64,000 nucleotides of DNA, taken from assembly GCF_964355755.1 (NCBI RefSeq), contig NC_092673.1, positions 22,751,648 to 22,815,647 of the forward strand, written 5' to 3'. The stretch is from Antedon mediterranea (lineage: Eukaryota > Animalia > Echinodermata). A program made the position numbers and the translations under genes. Positions 62,298 through 64,000 of this stretch are shown here, one piece after another. The notes under the pieces are model-generated. The model did not search any database and was not told the DNA's origin. It saw only the letters and a list, made by a program, of their open reading frames with translations. The stretch's first letter is position 1, and each line of letters opens with the position of its first letter.

Positions 62298-64000
62298 AGG
62301 AGAGTTTCATGATACCTGGCTTGTAGAAATTATTTTTGGTTAGAAGAATTGAATACTTTTATACTTCGGAAGCTTAACCCAACCTTCCATGGTTCAATAT
62401 AGGCCTACCAGCTGCATATGATTCATTGTGTTTTTGTTATTGTTTACTAACAAACATGATTTTTTTAACACAAGAATTTTTCTTATGAATGTATGTATCT
62501 GTGAAATAATTTATTTTGTTCAATCCCAGAGCCGTTAATTTGTCAATTTAAAATTTAAATAAATTTTCATTCAAATTCATTCGTTATCTTTCATTTCTAT
62601 CTTCTGTCAATTTACATACATGATAGATAATTTCTAGGATTGGTCTTTACATCGTACATCATAGTCAAAACAAATTATATCCCGAGGTAGTATCCGTATA
62701 CGAGTAACATTCAGTCAACCTGTCAACAAGCTTGTTAGAAACTTGAAATTAGGCAAATGCACTGCATTGCCCCTAATTACAGTAATAAGCTTAGGAAAAA
62801 TATGAATAATTTAAAATGATGTACACCTAAAGCAAGCCTTTGAGTCAAATAATTTGTGATATATTATTTATTTTGCATTTAAAACTTGTAATATTTAATT
62901 CATAACAAGGACAATTAGTGATAAAAAAAAATACTGGGTAATAAAAACTGAGGCAGGATTTACGTAAATATATAATAAAATGAGGCTCTGTTCACATAGA
63001 TTTATAATTTAGTATAGTTTATAGTATACCAACTCAAAGTCACTGGGGTGTCATAGAGGGTATGGCAAGGATTACAAATGGGCTGAAATAGTCTAGTCTT
63101 TCTTGCACCTACAAAATCCAGCATCTGACTCCACAGTCGGCTACTAGAACAAAAGTAACTGGGAAACATTTATAAACTCAAAAATATAGCAACTCTTATG
63201 TCATCCAAGTGATCCTACATTTTTTATATTTTATTTTTTATATTTTATTTGTTTTTAACTGTTCTGTATATATCTTTTAAATTATGCCTACTGTGTATTT
63301 ATATTATAATTTTTATTTACTTTTAAACTTATAACTGAACCATTTTGGAGAGCAGTACTGCGTTACTGAAAATGCAATCCAGTCATATCATATCATATCA
63401 TATCATTTATTTCGCCAATATACAGAACAGTACAAAAAAAAAACAATACAAAAGTAAGTCAATGAGGCCGGATAACCTAAAAGTTATAAATAAAAATAAC
63501 CGTCGAGAGGCTCTCCACATCGAAATACTTACATAAAATGAATAATACATGGAAAAGTCAAGTCAAAAGAATGAATAAATAAATACTAATCTGTCAACAT
63601 TGAAAATGTAATTACTGTATGTACAGTTGTATACTACAGTCGTACCCTTCCTCTATTAAACTACACTATCAAACTTTATGTGATAAAAAATGTGCCCATA
63701 TATGGACATGATGATGTCATATCACTACCATATTTAAACATAGTGTAGACAGAGCTTAAGAAACACTCTTGAGTCTTAATATCCCCTAATAGTTGTTCTA
63801 CTGAATTTTTATACAAAGGTGGAGGTCCACCTGGTCTACTGTACCCTGAATTTTCACCTTTCACACAATGCATAAAAATATTTCTGGAATTGAAAGTGTT
63901 TAATGCACAACCATTAACTTTCCTTCCTAAAGTGCTTAAATTAAAGTTTACTAGTCACTGATAATGGTAGTTTATGTTCATTGGTCAGTGTAAAAATCAC

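Overview
AT-rich, intron-rich animal genomic DNA. It is probably an invertebrate deuterostome such as an echinoderm; this is inferred from the Deu-domain SINEs and base composition, not proven. Two divergent spliced genes can be reconstructed by hand. RPAP2 is on the minus strand (7 coding exons, 22949 to ~15055). A GEMIN4-like gene is on the plus strand (11 coding exons, 37852-48489; C-terminal exons not found in the window). A small single-pass membrane protein gene lies on the minus strand at 53528-49805. Between RPAP2 and GEMIN4 sits a 9.8-kb foldback-type element (25151-34953) with long diverged TIRs, 97-bp subterminal repeats, a 7-bp TSD (GCATGTG) and no visible transposase. Its cargo is a ~1.71-kb tandem array. 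Each unit carries two divergent Pol III-type RNA genes: a tRNA-Ile-like head fused to a long nested hairpin ending in oligo-T, and a short A-box/B-box RNA, both behind a shared CRE/TATA spacer. The rest is a dense TE landscape: Deu-domain tRNA SINEs, a 5S-headed SINE, LINE fragments, Helentron-type elements, Harbinger/MULE/Kolobok/Academ/P-type MITEs and a 2.1-kb minisatellite. All homology calls come from remembered protein and RNA family features; no database searches were run.
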